From IMG/VR virus record IMGVR_UViG_3300031576_000023, positions 21,329 to 85,328 of that record: a DNA stretch of 64,000 nt; one strand, given 5' to 3'. Positions 9,159 through 19,334 of the stretch are shown one piece after another. Both the position numbers and the translations under genes were made by a program. Each line of letters opens with the position of its first letter. The first letter of the stretch is position 1. The stretch comes from a virus. The notes under the pieces are model-generated. The model had not been told where the DNA came from and ran no database searches. It saw only the letters and a list, made by a program, of their open reading frames with translations.

Positions 9159-11936
9159 ATGGCAGCGACGATCTTCGAGGTCCTGGCAGGCAGGCTGAGC
9201 TTGGAGACTGGCCCGTTCGAGCAGTCCCTCCAAAAAGCCAGGGGCGCGATGTCGTCGTTCACCGCCGGCCTAGCCAGCGCCGCCGGGATCATCACCGGCT
9301 TCGGCGCTGCGCTGGCCGGGCTGGCCGGCATCGCGACCGGTATCGGCCTGATCAAGGAGGCCATTTCGTCTGCTGCCGAGGCGGAGGTAGTCCAGGTGCG
9401 CCTCGGCATCGCCGTGCGCAACATGGGCCAGGCGGCCGGCGTCACGAGCGAATTCCTGAACGACCTCGCCAACCAGCTACAGCGCACGACAGTCGCCACG
9501 GACGACGCGATTATCGAGATGGGCACGATGCTCTTGAAGATGGAGAACATCAAGGGCACGGACATGTTCGAGCGGGCCATCCGCGGCGCGCTCGACCTCT
9601 CGGCCGCGACCGGTCAGGACGCGACCGGCGCGATGAACATGCTGGCCAGGGCGATGGAGGACCCGGCCCACGGAATGATGATGCTCAGAAGGTCGGGCAT
9701 CATGTTCTCCGAGGAGATCAAGGAGGCGATGCAGGTCCTGGTGCTGGAGGGCCGGCACGCAGAGGCGCAGTTGATCCTGCTTGGCGAGGTGAACAAGCGA
9801 TTCGTCGGTGCCGCCGAGGAATACGCCAAGACCTTCCAGGGCGAGTTCATGAACTTTCGCAAGATGGTCGGCGAGGCCCTGGAGGCGCTCGGCAAGCCAC
9901 TCATCGAAGTGCTCACGCCCTACATGGCGCGGTTCAAGGAGTGGGCTACGTTCGCCGCCGACTGGATCACCGAGAATCAGCCAATTATCAAACGGTGGAT
10001 CGCAACCACGATTCGAGACATCGAAGACGGCTTGCGCTCGATCATACATTTCTTCGACAGACTGATTGTGAGCGCCAGGACCTTCCGTCTTCTGATGGGG
10101 GGAGTGGTGGGATGGGCCGCGCTAGCTTACGGCGAACCTGTTGTTGCCCAGATTAGAGGCGCCGCGCCGGACGGTACGCCGGACGGTACGCCGATGGCAC
10201 CGCCTCCTCCACCCGCGCAGCCCGGAAAAGAACCAGGGGATGTTGAATGGACGGCAGCTATTCGCGCTTTAGCCGCCGGCCGCCCTGCCGAGGCTCCAGG
10301 CGGCGTGGATATCAAGGGCCTGCCCAGCCTGGAAACGGCCAAGGCCCGCAAAGCCCTGATAGACGTCGAGAAGGAAATCGCCGAGCACCCAGAGGCAGCC
10401 GCCCTCATCGGCCTCGGGCTGCCGACGCAGGACGCCGTGCAGAAACTGAAGCAGCGGCAGCAGGCTCTGCAGGAGATCAAGCAGCGCGCCGTCCAGAGCG
10501 AGGGGCAGGCCGGCATATTCGGGGCCGAGGGCCTGTTCGGCGCCAGCCCAGACAAGAACAAAGCCGTGGCCGGAAAGCTCCTCAACCAGCTCGGAGATGC
10601 GCTCAAGCAGCAACTCAGCGGCGAGACGTTCGACCCGGTGTTCACGGAGGGCCTGCTGCTGGCGTACCGCGGCGCTCTTGAGAAGATGCCGGGCGTCACC
10701 GAGGACCAGCTAGACGACATCGAAAGGTCTGTCCGCAAGACCATCGACAAGCTGATGGAGATGCCGCCGGCCCTCAGAGGCGCGTTCAGCGACGCCTTCA
10801 GCGGGATCGCGCAGGACGCAGCCACGCTCGGGAAACAGATCGACCAGCAGACATCGATCTTCGTCAAGGATGAAGACCCAGTCATGGGCATGCTCGGCCT
10901 GGTCGGGAGATCAGGAGGAGAGGTGACCAGGCAGGGCCGGCGCGGCGCTGCCGGCGAGATGCGCCGCATGATCAAGGAATCTGGCGGCTCGGGGGCCACC
11001 AACGAGCAGTTGGACCAGCTCCGCATGATGCGCCAAGGCGTCCTGGAAGCCATGCAGGCCATCAACGTCGCAGAGGGGGCTGCCAGGGAGGTCGCCGTCA
11101 AAAACGCGATGGGCATGCAACAGGCGTTCCTGGGGGCGTTCCAGAACATCGCGCAGGGCGGCACAGGACTGTTCCAGGGGCTCGTGGATGACGCGCAGAA
11201 GGCGGCTGCGGGCGTGCAGGGGGCCGCGAACCGCATGGGCGGGGCCTTCGACGACGCGCGCGCCAGGAGGTCGCAGCGCGCGGCCATGCGTGGGCCTGGC
11301 GTCGGCGCCGCCGGGTTCGGGCTTGTCAGCGGCATAGGCAGTATGTTGCAGCGCGCCTTCAACAGCAGCCTTGGGAATGCGTTCGGCGGGCTGGGCATGC
11401 TGGAGCACATCCAGGCCCTGATGTCCATTGATCCGGCTGCCGGCCTCGACCTGGCCATCTCGAACACGAACGCGCAGCTCCAAGCCTTGTACGGAAACCT
11501 GGTTCGCACTGGCGAGTCCGGCGGCTTCGGAGCCGGGTTTCCAGGCTCCAGTAACCTTCCCTACCTGCTGACGCTTCCAACGCAGGCTTCGCAGACGGCT
11601 GCCTGGCTCAAAGACCTGCTGGATACGCTCTTGCAGCAGCGGTCCATGCTGGGTTCGGCGCATGGCATGGCTGGCGGAGGAGTAGTCACGCGGCCCACGT
11701 TCGCCATGCTGGGCGAGTCTGGGCCGGAGGCGGTGATACCGCTCAGCGGTCCTCGCACCTACATGGGCGGCGTCAACGTGACCGTGAACCTCCCGAATGC
11801 CAGGGTCACTCCGCAGTTGGCCGGCGACATAGCCGACGCCCTTGAAAGAGAGCTGGCGCGCCGCGGGACCGATGGCCTTGGACGAAGCCCGCTCAGGTCT
11901 CCCAGGAACACGAGCAGCAGATTCGTCAACAGGTAA
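9159..11936 (+). CDS. Tape measure protein
   Basis: 925 aa, Ala/Gly-rich helical; C-terminal MAGGGVVTRPTFAMLGESGPEAVIPL motif. Confidence 0.9.
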   Translation: MAATIFEVLAGRLSLETGPFEQSLQKARGAMSSFTAGLASAAGIITGFGAALAGLAGIATGIGLIKEAISSAAEAEVVQVRLGIAVRNMGQAAGVTSEFLNDLANQLQRTTVATDDAIIEMGTMLLKMENIKGTDMFERAIRGALDLSAATGQDATGAMNMLARAMEDPAHGMMMLRRSGIMFSEEIKEAMQVLVLEGRHAEAQLILLGEVNKRFVGAAEEYAKTFQGEFMNFRKMVGEALEALGKPLIEVLTPYMARFKEWATFAADWITENQPIIKRWIATTIRDIEDGLRSIIHFFDRLIVSARTFRLLMGGVVGWAALAYGEPVVAQIRGAAPDGTPDGTPMAPPPPPAQPGKEPGDVEWTAAIRALAAGRPAEAPGGVDIKGLPSLETAKARKALIDVEKEIAEHPEAAALIGLGLPTQDAVQKLKQRQQALQEIKQRAVQSEGQAGIFGAEGLFGASPDKNKAVAGKLLNQLGDALKQQLSGETFDPVFTEGLLLAYRGALEKMPGVTEDQLDDIERSVRKTIDKLMEMPPALRGAFSDAFSGIAQDAATLGKQIDQQTSIFVKDEDPVMGMLGLVGRSGGEVTRQGRRGAAGEMRRMIKESGGSGATNEQLDQLRMMRQGVLEAMQAINVAEGAAREVAVKNAMGMQQAFLGAFQNIAQGGTGLFQGLVDDAQKAAAGVQGAANRMGGAFDDARARRSQRAAMRGPGVGAAGFGLVSGIGSMLQRAFNSSLGNAFGGLGMLEHIQALMSIDPAAGLDLAISNTNAQLQALYGNLVRTGESGGFGAGFPGSSNLPYLLTLPTQASQTAAWLKDLLDTLLQQRSMLGSAHGMAGGGVVTRPTFAMLGESGPEAVIPLSGPRTYMGGVNVTVNLPNARVTPQLAGDIADALERELARRGTDGLGRSPLRSPRNTSSRFVNR

Positions 11937-11954
11937 GGTGAAACGGAGAACCAC

Positions 11955-12164
11955 ATGGACGAGGCGCACCACAAGCAGTTCGTGGAGGCCATGAGCAGGG
12001 CGACGGCGCGCGACGGGCAGATGGCTGCGTACACGGGGATCGTGCGGTCGATAGTCAACCCTGACGTCTGGATGCTGATTACCAGGCGGGCCGTCGAGCT
12101 GGCGGTGATCGGCGACGCCAATGCGCGGGACTGGCTCACTGAGATACTTTTCCATGGAGAGTAG
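11955..12164 (+). CDS. Hypothetical protein
   Basis: GGAG RBS; fits operon. Confidence 0.55.
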   Translation: MDEAHHKQFVEAMSRATARDGQMAAYTGIVRSIVNPDVWMLITRRAVELAVIGDANARDWLTEILFHGE

Positions 12165-12184
12165 GGGAGACTAAGGAGACGACG

Positions 12185-12679
12185 ATGGCAACCAAGGTCG
12201 AGTACGCCGCCAAGGTCACGGTGCTGGAGACGCTCTCGACAGCCGTTCCGGGCGCGGCCGACCCTACCCTCACCCAGGCGGGCTACAACACCGAGGGCTC
12301 TTTCAGCTCGACGAGTACGCCCCCGACTACCAAAAGCGTCGTGAACACTGTCGCCCTGGTCGCCGGCGCCAAGACGATCGACCTGACGGCGCTGACCGGC
12401 ATCAACGGCGCGACCGTGGACTTCACTGGCCTCAAGGTGCAGTTCGTGAAGTGCCGCAACCCGTCGGCCAATACCGGCGCGATCACGGTCCAGGCCGGCG
12501 CAGCCAACGCCTACAACCTGCTGGGCGCCTCGTGGAAGGTGATCCTCCAGACCGGCGACGAGTTCACATGGAAGGGCAGCGATGACTCTGGCGTGCCGGA
12601 CGTGGCTTCCGGCGTCAAGAACATCGACTTGGCGGGGACCGGTACGGAGAGCCTTGAGGTCGTCCTCGTAGCCGGCTGA
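12185..12679 (+). CDS. Putative virion structural protein
   Basis: AAGGAG RBS; Thr/Gly-rich beta protein in the tail region. Confidence 0.55.
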   Translation: MATKVEYAAKVTVLETLSTAVPGAADPTLTQAGYNTEGSFSSTSTPPTTKSVVNTVALVAGAKTIDLTALTGINGATVDFTGLKVQFVKCRNPSANTGAITVQAGAANAYNLLGASWKVILQTGDEFTWKGSDDSGVPDVASGVKNIDLAGTGTESLEVVLVAG

Positions 12680-12710
12680 CGAAAAGGCAACTGAAAGGCT
12701 AGCGATAACG

Positions 12711-13172
12711 ATGGCACTTTTGCAGTTCACCGTGATCGAAAAGTTCGTGATCCAGGCTGGGGTGCCTGTTACGGTGCTTCTCTGGCGAGACAACCAAGTG
12801 TCAGCCGCAGGGTTGGCTGCGCCAACCGTATTGCCGCGAAAGCAGTACGCCGACATCGTGCAATCGGTGAACCACGAGTTCCAAACGCTGATCAAACAGG
12901 GGAACCCCGGCCTCACCGCAGTTCCGATCACCGACAAAATACACTTCCGCCACGAGGTCGAGGCCGACGGCCGATGGCACTTGCACGCGAAGTGCGGCCA
13001 GGGACAGCTAGCCTTAACGTATGACGTCTACTGGAATCCGGCGGACGACACGATCCGCCAGGAGCGTCCCAAGGCGTTCCAGGTCGAGTATGCGACGTAC
13101 CTGCTCTCGATTCAGCAGTTGACCGGATTCCTGAATGGGATCGCGCACATAGCCGGAACTGCTACTCTATAG
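12711..13172 (+). CDS. Hypothetical protein
   Basis: ORF in tail operon. Confidence 0.55.
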   Translation: MALLQFTVIEKFVIQAGVPVTVLLWRDNQVSAAGLAAPTVLPRKQYADIVQSVNHEFQTLIKQGNPGLTAVPITDKIHFRHEVEADGRWHLHAKCGQGQLALTYDVYWNPADDTIRQERPKAFQVEYATYLLSIQQLTGFLNGIAHIAGTATL

Positions 13173-13174
13173 CC

Positions 13175-15439
13175 ATGGCGCGCACTTTTCCGGCAGACTT
13201 CACGGCGGTCATGGATGACAAATCATCGGCGCCGTACATGATTCTGGAAATTCAGTGGGCGGGGGTAACTTTAACAAAGTACTACCTGGACCGCGGGAGC
13301 ACGGACTTCACGGCCAGCGGGACCAGAGTGCCTACCAGCGGTATCGGAACGTCGAAGGTCATGGAGTGGGGGGGTATCGGCCTGTCGCTCAAGGAGGGCC
13401 AGGTCGGGGCCGTGGATCAGACGGCCATCAAGCTCGACGACGCGGCTGGCGAGCTGACGGCGATCCTGAACCTGGAGTGCAAGCAGCGCAAAACCATCAA
13501 GGTCTGGCGCATGTTCGACGACGCTACGGTCACTTGGCCAGCAGATGCCGCGCTGATGCTCCAGGGGACACTGCGGCCGTTCGACTGGTCAGGCGCTGAC
13601 AACCAGCTCACCTTGAACATCCGTGACGGGTCGGACCTGCTGACGCACGACGTGAGCTGCATCGCCAAGCAAGCTGTGTTCACGACGATCCCCAAGGAAA
13701 GCCGCGACCGAAACATCCCGCTGGCCTGGGGGAACGCCAAGCGCGTCGAGGCTCTGCTCGTAGGCCGGCCGTGGGAGACAAGAATACTCCAGGGGATCGA
13801 CGGCAGCTACGACCAGGACGTGGCGATCTCGGACCACCCGACCGACCTCGGCGTGACGCCGGAAGTCAGCATGCAGGCGTGGCTGAACGGCGATCCGGTG
13901 ACGGTGACTTTTCACCAGTCGGCCGACCCGGACAACGTCTACTCGACGGTCACGGTTAAGTCCACGGCCAACCAGGTCGTCGCCACGGCCGTCGCCGTCT
14001 ACACGTTCGACACGGCCACGAATAGGTTTATGGTCATCCCCACGGCGGCCGTGACGCCCTACGAGCGCCGCGACGTGCTGACCAGCCTGATCCGCGCGGG
14101 CGATCCGGTCCTGGTGTTCTTGTCCGACACGACTCTCAGCTCGACCACGACGCCGCCCTACGGCTGGAACCAGACGACGGTCAACCAGCTCACGGCTCAC
14201 ACTCCCTGGCCGGACCACTACAAGCTGACCGTGACTGATGCCAACGTGAACCTGAAGGCCCTGCCTGGCGCGCACGTCAAGTTTCAGATGGGCACGACCA
14301 ACAGGCCGCCGGCGCCGGCCGGCTCGCTGCTGACGGCCTACGATGGCAAGTACATCTACGCCGCCAGCGCGCTGCCCAGCAAGGCGGTGGACATCGTCGA
14401 GGGGTACGGGCAGTTGCCGGACCAGTTCGGCGAGCGGCGCAAGGACTTCATCGTCATCGGAAACTTCATCGGGGACGAGCTGCAATCCGGGACGTGCTTC
14501 GAGAACCAGCTCAACCCGGACGGGTATTTCACGATCAACCTGGACGACGACACCTGGGCTTCGGCGCCGGGCGGCGGCCTCGGTCGAAACATCACGACGA
14601 TCACGTTTCCTCTGGCGCCGCGGTTCATGTGCCCGCAGCTCGACGACAACAGAATCTGGGTGACGCTCAAGGGAGTCGAGGACGTCGGGGACTCGTTCGG
14701 AAACTTGATTACGAATCCGGCGCGCGTGATCCAGAAGTATCTGGAGCACGCCAAGCTGATGAACGTCGGCGCGGCGAACGTGAACCAGGCCAGCTTCAAC
14801 ACGGCCGCGACTACCCTGACGGCTTTCAAGGTCGGCTGGGCGCAGACAGAGCCGATGGAGGGTCTGGCCCTATTGCAGGAGCTGGCGCGGCAGTGCCATT
14901 CCGTCGTGTTCTTCGACCAGGGCCAGGTATACATAACAGTCTTGCGCAACACGGCCGGCACGAGCGCCAAGACGTTCGACACGGTCGCCAACGACAACAT
15001 CCTGCTGGGGGCCGTGTCCCTGGAGGAGAGCCCGGTCGAGGACGTGGTCAACGAGCTGACGTTTAAGTGGCGGCAGGCGTGGGACGACATCACCGGGCAC
15101 AAGCCGATGGACGTGAAGGGCAGCAACGCGGCCAGCGTCACGGCATTCGGCAAGATGGCCAGGGAGATGGGGTTCGACCTGTACTGGCGGCGCGCGGACG
15201 TCGAGAGCGAGGTCGCGTTCTGGCTGGCGCGGTGGACGACGATCTACCGGCACGTCAAGCTGAGCGTGTTCCACGACGGGTTGAGCCTCCAGCCGGGCGA
15301 CTGGATAACCGTCAGCTACATCGACGGCGAGGCCCGCACGATCCTCTCGGCGCAGGTGATGGAGGTCAGGTCTGTGCGTGACACCGGCTTGCAGGGGCTC
15401 GTCGAGATCGAAGGCAGATTCGCGAAGTACACGTACTAA
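13175..15439 (+). CDS. Tail tip / baseplate hub protein
   Basis: 754 aa after tape measure; IPLAWG motif and C-terminal LSLQPGDWITV motif. Confidence 0.7.
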   Translation: MARTFPADFTAVMDDKSSAPYMILEIQWAGVTLTKYYLDRGSTDFTASGTRVPTSGIGTSKVMEWGGIGLSLKEGQVGAVDQTAIKLDDAAGELTAILNLECKQRKTIKVWRMFDDATVTWPADAALMLQGTLRPFDWSGADNQLTLNIRDGSDLLTHDVSCIAKQAVFTTIPKESRDRNIPLAWGNAKRVEALLVGRPWETRILQGIDGSYDQDVAISDHPTDLGVTPEVSMQAWLNGDPVTVTFHQSADPDNVYSTVTVKSTANQVVATAVAVYTFDTATNRFMVIPTAAVTPYERRDVLTSLIRAGDPVLVFLSDTTLSSTTTPPYGWNQTTVNQLTAHTPWPDHYKLTVTDANVNLKALPGAHVKFQMGTTNRPPAPAGSLLTAYDGKYIYAASALPSKAVDIVEGYGQLPDQFGERRKDFIVIGNFIGDELQSGTCFENQLNPDGYFTINLDDDTWASAPGGGLGRNITTITFPLAPRFMCPQLDDNRIWVTLKGVEDVGDSFGNLITNPARVIQKYLEHAKLMNVGAANVNQASFNTAATTLTAFKVGWAQTEPMEGLALLQELARQCHSVVFFDQGQVYITVLRNTAGTSAKTFDTVANDNILLGAVSLEESPVEDVVNELTFKWRQAWDDITGHKPMDVKGSNAASVTAFGKMAREMGFDLYWRRADVESEVAFWLARWTTIYRHVKLSVFHDGLSLQPGDWITVSYIDGEARTILSAQVMEVRSVRDTGLQGLVEIEGRFAKYTY

Positions 15440-15448
15440 GTTGGCAAC

Positions 15449-16123
15449 ATGGCCTGCCTCCCGCTGATCCCTGACGCGACGCCTTGGCACGGGCCGCTAC
15501 AAGGCGGAGGCAGTGTTTCTACGCCGGAGTTGGACTTCGGATTCATGGTATTCGGCCAGGCTGCTGGCCAAGCGATCTCTGGGACTTCTGATGTCAAGAT
15601 TCTTTTCCTGGGCGTGATGGGGCGAAATATAAGCTTCGTCACAAACGGAATACAGGTTACGAACGCTGGGTACTGGCTCGTCATGGCGCGCGCGGATGTA
15701 TTTGGAACTGATGTGACTTCATGCACGATGTGGATTTACAAGAACGGATTCAGGTTTGCCGCTAACGGCTACACAACCATCCAGTTTAATGCTACGTCGC
15801 CGGGATACGCCACGATCTGCGTCATGCAGGTGATGAACCTAGCCGCCAACGACAAGGTACACATCTATCTGCAATACAGCACCAACAACGTCAATCACGC
15901 GATGCGAGAAGGTGCAACGTTCGCCATCGCGCGACTGGCGACCAATGCAACGGTGTTCGGTAGCGGCGGCAGTGGTGGCGGCTCGAACCCTCCGTCAACC
16001 GGCGGCTCTGGAACCGGCGGCCCGACTCCGTCAGCGCCGTCGCCGACCGGCAGCCCGGATGTCGCACGGTTCGGCAGCGGCACGAGCGGCGCCGGCGGCG
16101 GGCCAGGACACGCCAGGGGCTAG
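15449..16123 (+). CDS. Putative receptor-binding protein with C1q/TNF-like domain and Gly/Ser/Pro tail
   Basis: AGYWLV...WIYKNG...MNLAANDKVHIY pattern; visibly lower GC than neighbours. Confidence 0.5.
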   Translation: MACLPLIPDATPWHGPLQGGGSVSTPELDFGFMVFGQAAGQAISGTSDVKILFLGVMGRNISFVTNGIQVTNAGYWLVMARADVFGTDVTSCTMWIYKNGFRFAANGYTTIQFNATSPGYATICVMQVMNLAANDKVHIYLQYSTNNVNHAMREGATFAIARLATNATVFGSGGSGGGSNPPSTGGSGTGGPTPSAPSPTGSPDVARFGSGTSGAGGGPGHARG

Positions 16124-16170
16124 GCAAGCATGAGACTTTTCGAGTAACCTTCCACACGGAGATAGCTCAC

Positions 16171-16623
16171 ATGGCTGGAATCTTTTGGTCCGCGCAGACC
16201 GCCGAGATCACGACCGGCACAACAGTCAAGACGCTCTTGCAGGTAGCGTCAGGAGCGGCCGTCAACCTGATGGTCAAGGAGATTATCTGCTCGTTCAAGG
16301 GCACGGTGAACACCGACGCGCCAATCCTCGTCGAGGTTCTCAAGCAGACGGGCGCCGGAACCATGTCTGCCCTGACAGTGCGCAAGATCAACAATAACGC
16401 GGCGTCGCTCTCCATGACGGCGCTGCACACTGCAACCATTGAACCAGTCGACGGCGGCGTTGTCCTGGACAGACAAGAGGTCCATCCGCAAGGCGGCAGG
16501 TACTACTGGGTGCCTCCCAACAACTGCCCTGGCCTGGAGGTCGAAGCCGGTGCCAGGCTTGGCCTGCGCGTGACGGCCGCAGTCTCCGTCTCCGCGCTCG
16601 CCTCCATGAAGGGCGAGGAGTAA
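16171..16623 (+). CDS. Putative virion structural protein
   Basis: GGAG RBS; beta-rich ORF. Confidence 0.5.
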   Translation: MAGIFWSAQTAEITTGTTVKTLLQVASGAAVNLMVKEIICSFKGTVNTDAPILVEVLKQTGAGTMSALTVRKINNNAASLSMTALHTATIEPVDGGVVLDRQEVHPQGGRYYWVPPNNCPGLEVEAGARLGLRVTAAVSVSALASMKGEE

Positions 16624-16631
16624 CAGCAACA

Positions 16632-16826
16632 ATGACGACATGGCAAGCGCTCTCCGACCGCCTGGACTCCGGCGATACCCAAGCTGCCGCGCTCGTGACC
16701 GAGACGGTCCTGAAAGCCCTGGCCGAGCTGTTCGTCGCGGACTTCTCCTCCTGGCAGGAGTTCAGCCGCCTCGTCAACAAGTCCTGGAGTCTCGGTCGCG
16801 TCTGCACGGAGTGCGACGAGGAGTGA
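16632..16826 (+). CDS. Hypothetical protein
   Basis: Short ORF in operon. Confidence 0.45.
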   Translation: MTTWQALSDRLDSGDTQAAALVTETVLKALAELFVADFSSWQEFSRLVNKSWSLGRVCTECDEE

Positions 16827-16837
16827 GGGCCGGCTGA

Positions 16838-18075
16838 GTCAAGTACCGCCGGCTGAAGCCGGCGGCTTGTAAGTAGTCTCAGCCGCAATCCCGGAGTAGT
16901 CCAGTTTTGGCTTCATCGACCCCTACCATTGGTGCCTTGACAGACGCCTTGGCCCGGATGTTCCGGGCCGCGTTAAAATCGGCGTTCGTGGAGTAACCAC
17001 AGTGCTTGCAGACAAACTCGGACTGAGATTTTCGATTGGCCTTCTCGCAATGCCCGCACTTCGAACAGGTGCGAGACGTATTGCGGGGGTCAACCGTCGG
17101 GACCTGGATGCCGGCCAGTGCTGCCTTGTACTCCACGAACGCACGAAGTTGAAAGAATGCCCAACTACCGAGGCGATTCCGCTGCCGGCGTTTAACCGTA
17201 ACCCGATCCTTGATGCCTTTGAGGTTTTCAAGGGCGATCGCGGAATCGGTTGCCTTGGCCTTCACAACGAGTCGCTTGCTGATGCGGTGGTTGGTGTCGC
17301 GGCGGAAGTTAGCTTCTCGCTTTCGAATCTTGCAGAGTCTTCGCCGGGCACTCTTGGTCCCGGTGCGATTGAGCTCTGCCCGGCGCCGAGCATAGCGCTT
17401 TCTGAGCTTCTCAACCCCTTCCCCGGAGAATACTTCCCCGGTCGAATCGGTAGCGAGATTCACGACGCCCAGGTCAATGCCAAGCACGTTAGTCGGTTCG
17501 ATCATGGCGCCCTCGGGCATCTCGATTGTGCAGAGCAGGTAGAACTTGCCCTGGCGGAAGACAAGATCCGCTTGCCCTTTGATCCGCCCTTGGCGCTCTT
17601 TCTGGTATGCACCGCAGACGAATGGGATCAGGAGTCGGCCGGACAAAGCCCACAGGCTGACGGTGGTCAACCCTTTGAAGCTCAAGACCCGTTGGTCATA
17701 GCAGATAGCCGCGCGCGCCTTGAAGACGGGGCACTTCGTCTTGTCCCTCTGGAAGCACTCGACTGCCTTGGCGATTGCTCTGACCGCCATCTGGCTCGAC
17801 AACCGAAACTGCTCACGGATCTTCCGATAACAGAGACGATGGAGCGTCACCTGCCCGAAGATTTTGGCCTCGAATCCGACCTTGGCTGCGTAAGTGGAAG
17901 CGGCATTGAACCGCTCTATCGTGGCCAGGAGATCGGCTTTCTGCCCAGTAGTTGGAAGCAGTTGGAGCTGAAGAGTCAGTTTCATACGTGTACTGTAACC
18001 GGATTTAATCTCACAAGCAAGAGGAGCGGCAATTCCTCCATCGCCTGAAGGCGATGGTCTCCTTGCCGAAACTCC
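16838..18075 (-). mobile_element. IS200/IS605-family TnpB-only element (IS1341-like)
   Basis: Left-end hairpin CCATCGCC-TTCA-GGCGATGG downstream of TTCAT; right-end hairpin CCGCCGGC-TTCA-GCCGGCGG ending in TTGAC; no tnpA. Confidence 0.85.
16879..17985 (-). CDS. tnpB: RNA-guided endonuclease TnpB
   Basis: RuvC motifs GIDLG, IALENL, NADFNAARNI; zinc ribbon CSKC/CKHC. Confidence 0.95.
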   Translation of the reverse strand: MKLTLQLQLLPTTGQKADLLATIERFNAASTYAAKVGFEAKIFGQVTLHRLCYRKIREQFRLSSQMAVRAIAKAVECFQRDKTKCPVFKARAAICYDQRVLSFKGLTTVSLWALSGRLLIPFVCGAYQKERQGRIKGQADLVFRQGKFYLLCTIEMPEGAMIEPTNVLGIDLGVVNLATDSTGEVFSGEGVEKLRKRYARRRAELNRTGTKSARRRLCKIRKREANFRRDTNHRISKRLVVKAKATDSAIALENLKGIKDRVTVKRRQRNRLGSWAFFQLRAFVEYKAALAGIQVPTVDPRNTSRTCSKCGHCEKANRKSQSEFVCKHCGYSTNADFNAARNIRAKASVKAPMVGVDEAKTGLLRDCG

Positions 18076-18990
18076 ATGAAGGTCCTGTACCTGGGCAGCT
18101 TCGACTTCGACTGGAACACCGAGTCGTATGTCGCCAGGGCCTTCGAGCGGCTTGGCCACGAAGTCCGCAGGCTCAACGAGGCGGACACGAACGAGCACCA
18201 GCTCGGCATGGCCATACGCGAGACCCAGCCGGCCTTGTTTCTATTTGCGAAGGGCCGGCTGAACGGAAACTTCGATCCGGCCGTATCCGGTGTCAGGCAG
18301 GCCCTGCACGACGTGCGCGGCCTGTGCAGGAACGTCTGCTGCTGGGTGTTCGACCTGCTGGCGCACGAGTACAGCCGGCAGCGCTGGACCTGGGCCAGGT
18401 CGGTGAACGAGCTGGTAGACACGTTCTTTGTGACCGACGGCTACTCGGCCACGAAGCTAAGCCGGGCCGTGGTGCTGAGGCAGGGCGTGCCTGACGACTA
18501 CAGGACCGGGATGCGGCGCCCGGAGTGGATAGCCCCTGTAGCGTTCCTGGGCGGCGCGTACGGCGAGAGAAAGCCGCTCTTGGACTTGGTTGCCACGGAG
18601 GTCAAAAACCGCCTAGGAACGCCGCTATTGCACGTACAGACCGTCCGTGGGGCCGACCTGTCCGACATGATGGCCTCTGTCGGGTGCGTTTTTGGCCCGC
18701 ACTGGCCAGCTTACCCATCTTACGGCTCGAACCGTGCCTATGTCGTGGCAGGGTACGGCGGCTGTTTTGTCTGCCCAGTAGCCGACTGGATGACCGAGGA
18801 GGGCTGGGTGGCAGGCGAGCACTACAGGCCGTACGACCCTGGCAACCGGTGGGACGCCGTCGAGCAAGTCCTCGTAGCCGTAGGGGACCGTGAGGGCTCC
18901 GCGGCGATCGCGGCCCGTGCCGCCAAGTTCGCGCGCAGCTCGTTCTCATACGACCGGCGCGTCCAGCAGCTTGTGGACAACCTCAAATGA
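18076..18990 (+). CDS. Glycosyltransferase, CgeB-like
   Basis: RAFERLGHEV, WVFDLL and YGSNRAYVVAGYGG motifs. Confidence 0.75.
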   Translation: MKVLYLGSFDFDWNTESYVARAFERLGHEVRRLNEADTNEHQLGMAIRETQPALFLFAKGRLNGNFDPAVSGVRQALHDVRGLCRNVCCWVFDLLAHEYSRQRWTWARSVNELVDTFFVTDGYSATKLSRAVVLRQGVPDDYRTGMRRPEWIAPVAFLGGAYGERKPLLDLVATEVKNRLGTPLLHVQTVRGADLSDMMASVGCVFGPHWPAYPSYGSNRAYVVAGYGGCFVCPVADWMTEEGWVAGEHYRPYDPGNRWDAVEQVLVAVGDREGSAAIAARAAKFARSSFSYDRRVQQLVDNLK

Positions 18991-19334
18991 CTCAAAGTCT
19001 CGAAACGGAAAACTGGTTTATCGAGCATTCAATCTCCATCGAGCACGGAAGGCTTCTCTACAGGCTCGCGCCTGGCGGAACGGCCGAGATCGTGGACATC
19101 ATGGTCACTGGCGAGCACCGCCGAGAGGGGTTCGGCAGGGCCATGTTCGAGCGCCTGCTGCGCGAGCTGCCGGACTCCGTGCGGACGGTGTATGCCTTTG
19201 TGCGCTGCGGCAACGGGATCGCCTGCGACTGGTACTGGGCGCTGGGGTTCGCGGACTGGCCGGTCCCTGGGTTCTACGGAGACGACGATGGGCTCGTCAT
19301 GGTGTATAAGAGGCTGCCGGAGGACGGGCCATGA
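18987..19334 (+). CDS. GNAT acetyltransferase
   Basis: EHRREGFGRAM acetyl-CoA motif A; N..A..WY..LGF. Confidence 0.85.
   Translation: MTQSLETENWFIEHSISIEHGRLLYRLAPGGTAEIVDIMVTGEHRREGFGRAMFERLLRELPDSVRTVYAFVRCGNGIACDWYWALGFADWPVPGFYGDDDGLVMVYKRLPEDGP

Noticed and set aside
10165-10193. 12-bp tandem repeat in the tape measure gene
   Set aside because: Low-complexity Pro-rich linker with no further evidence of function
12668-12705. Third hammerhead (CTGACGA...GAAA)
   Set aside because: No credible stems II and III; overlaps a stop codon
10127-12937. Long antisense ORFs (also 16879..18198 extension, 17002..18048 and 51435..52865)
   Set aside because: Shadow frames expected in high-GC coding DNA; no motifs or RBS. 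TnpB starts at 17985, inside the element
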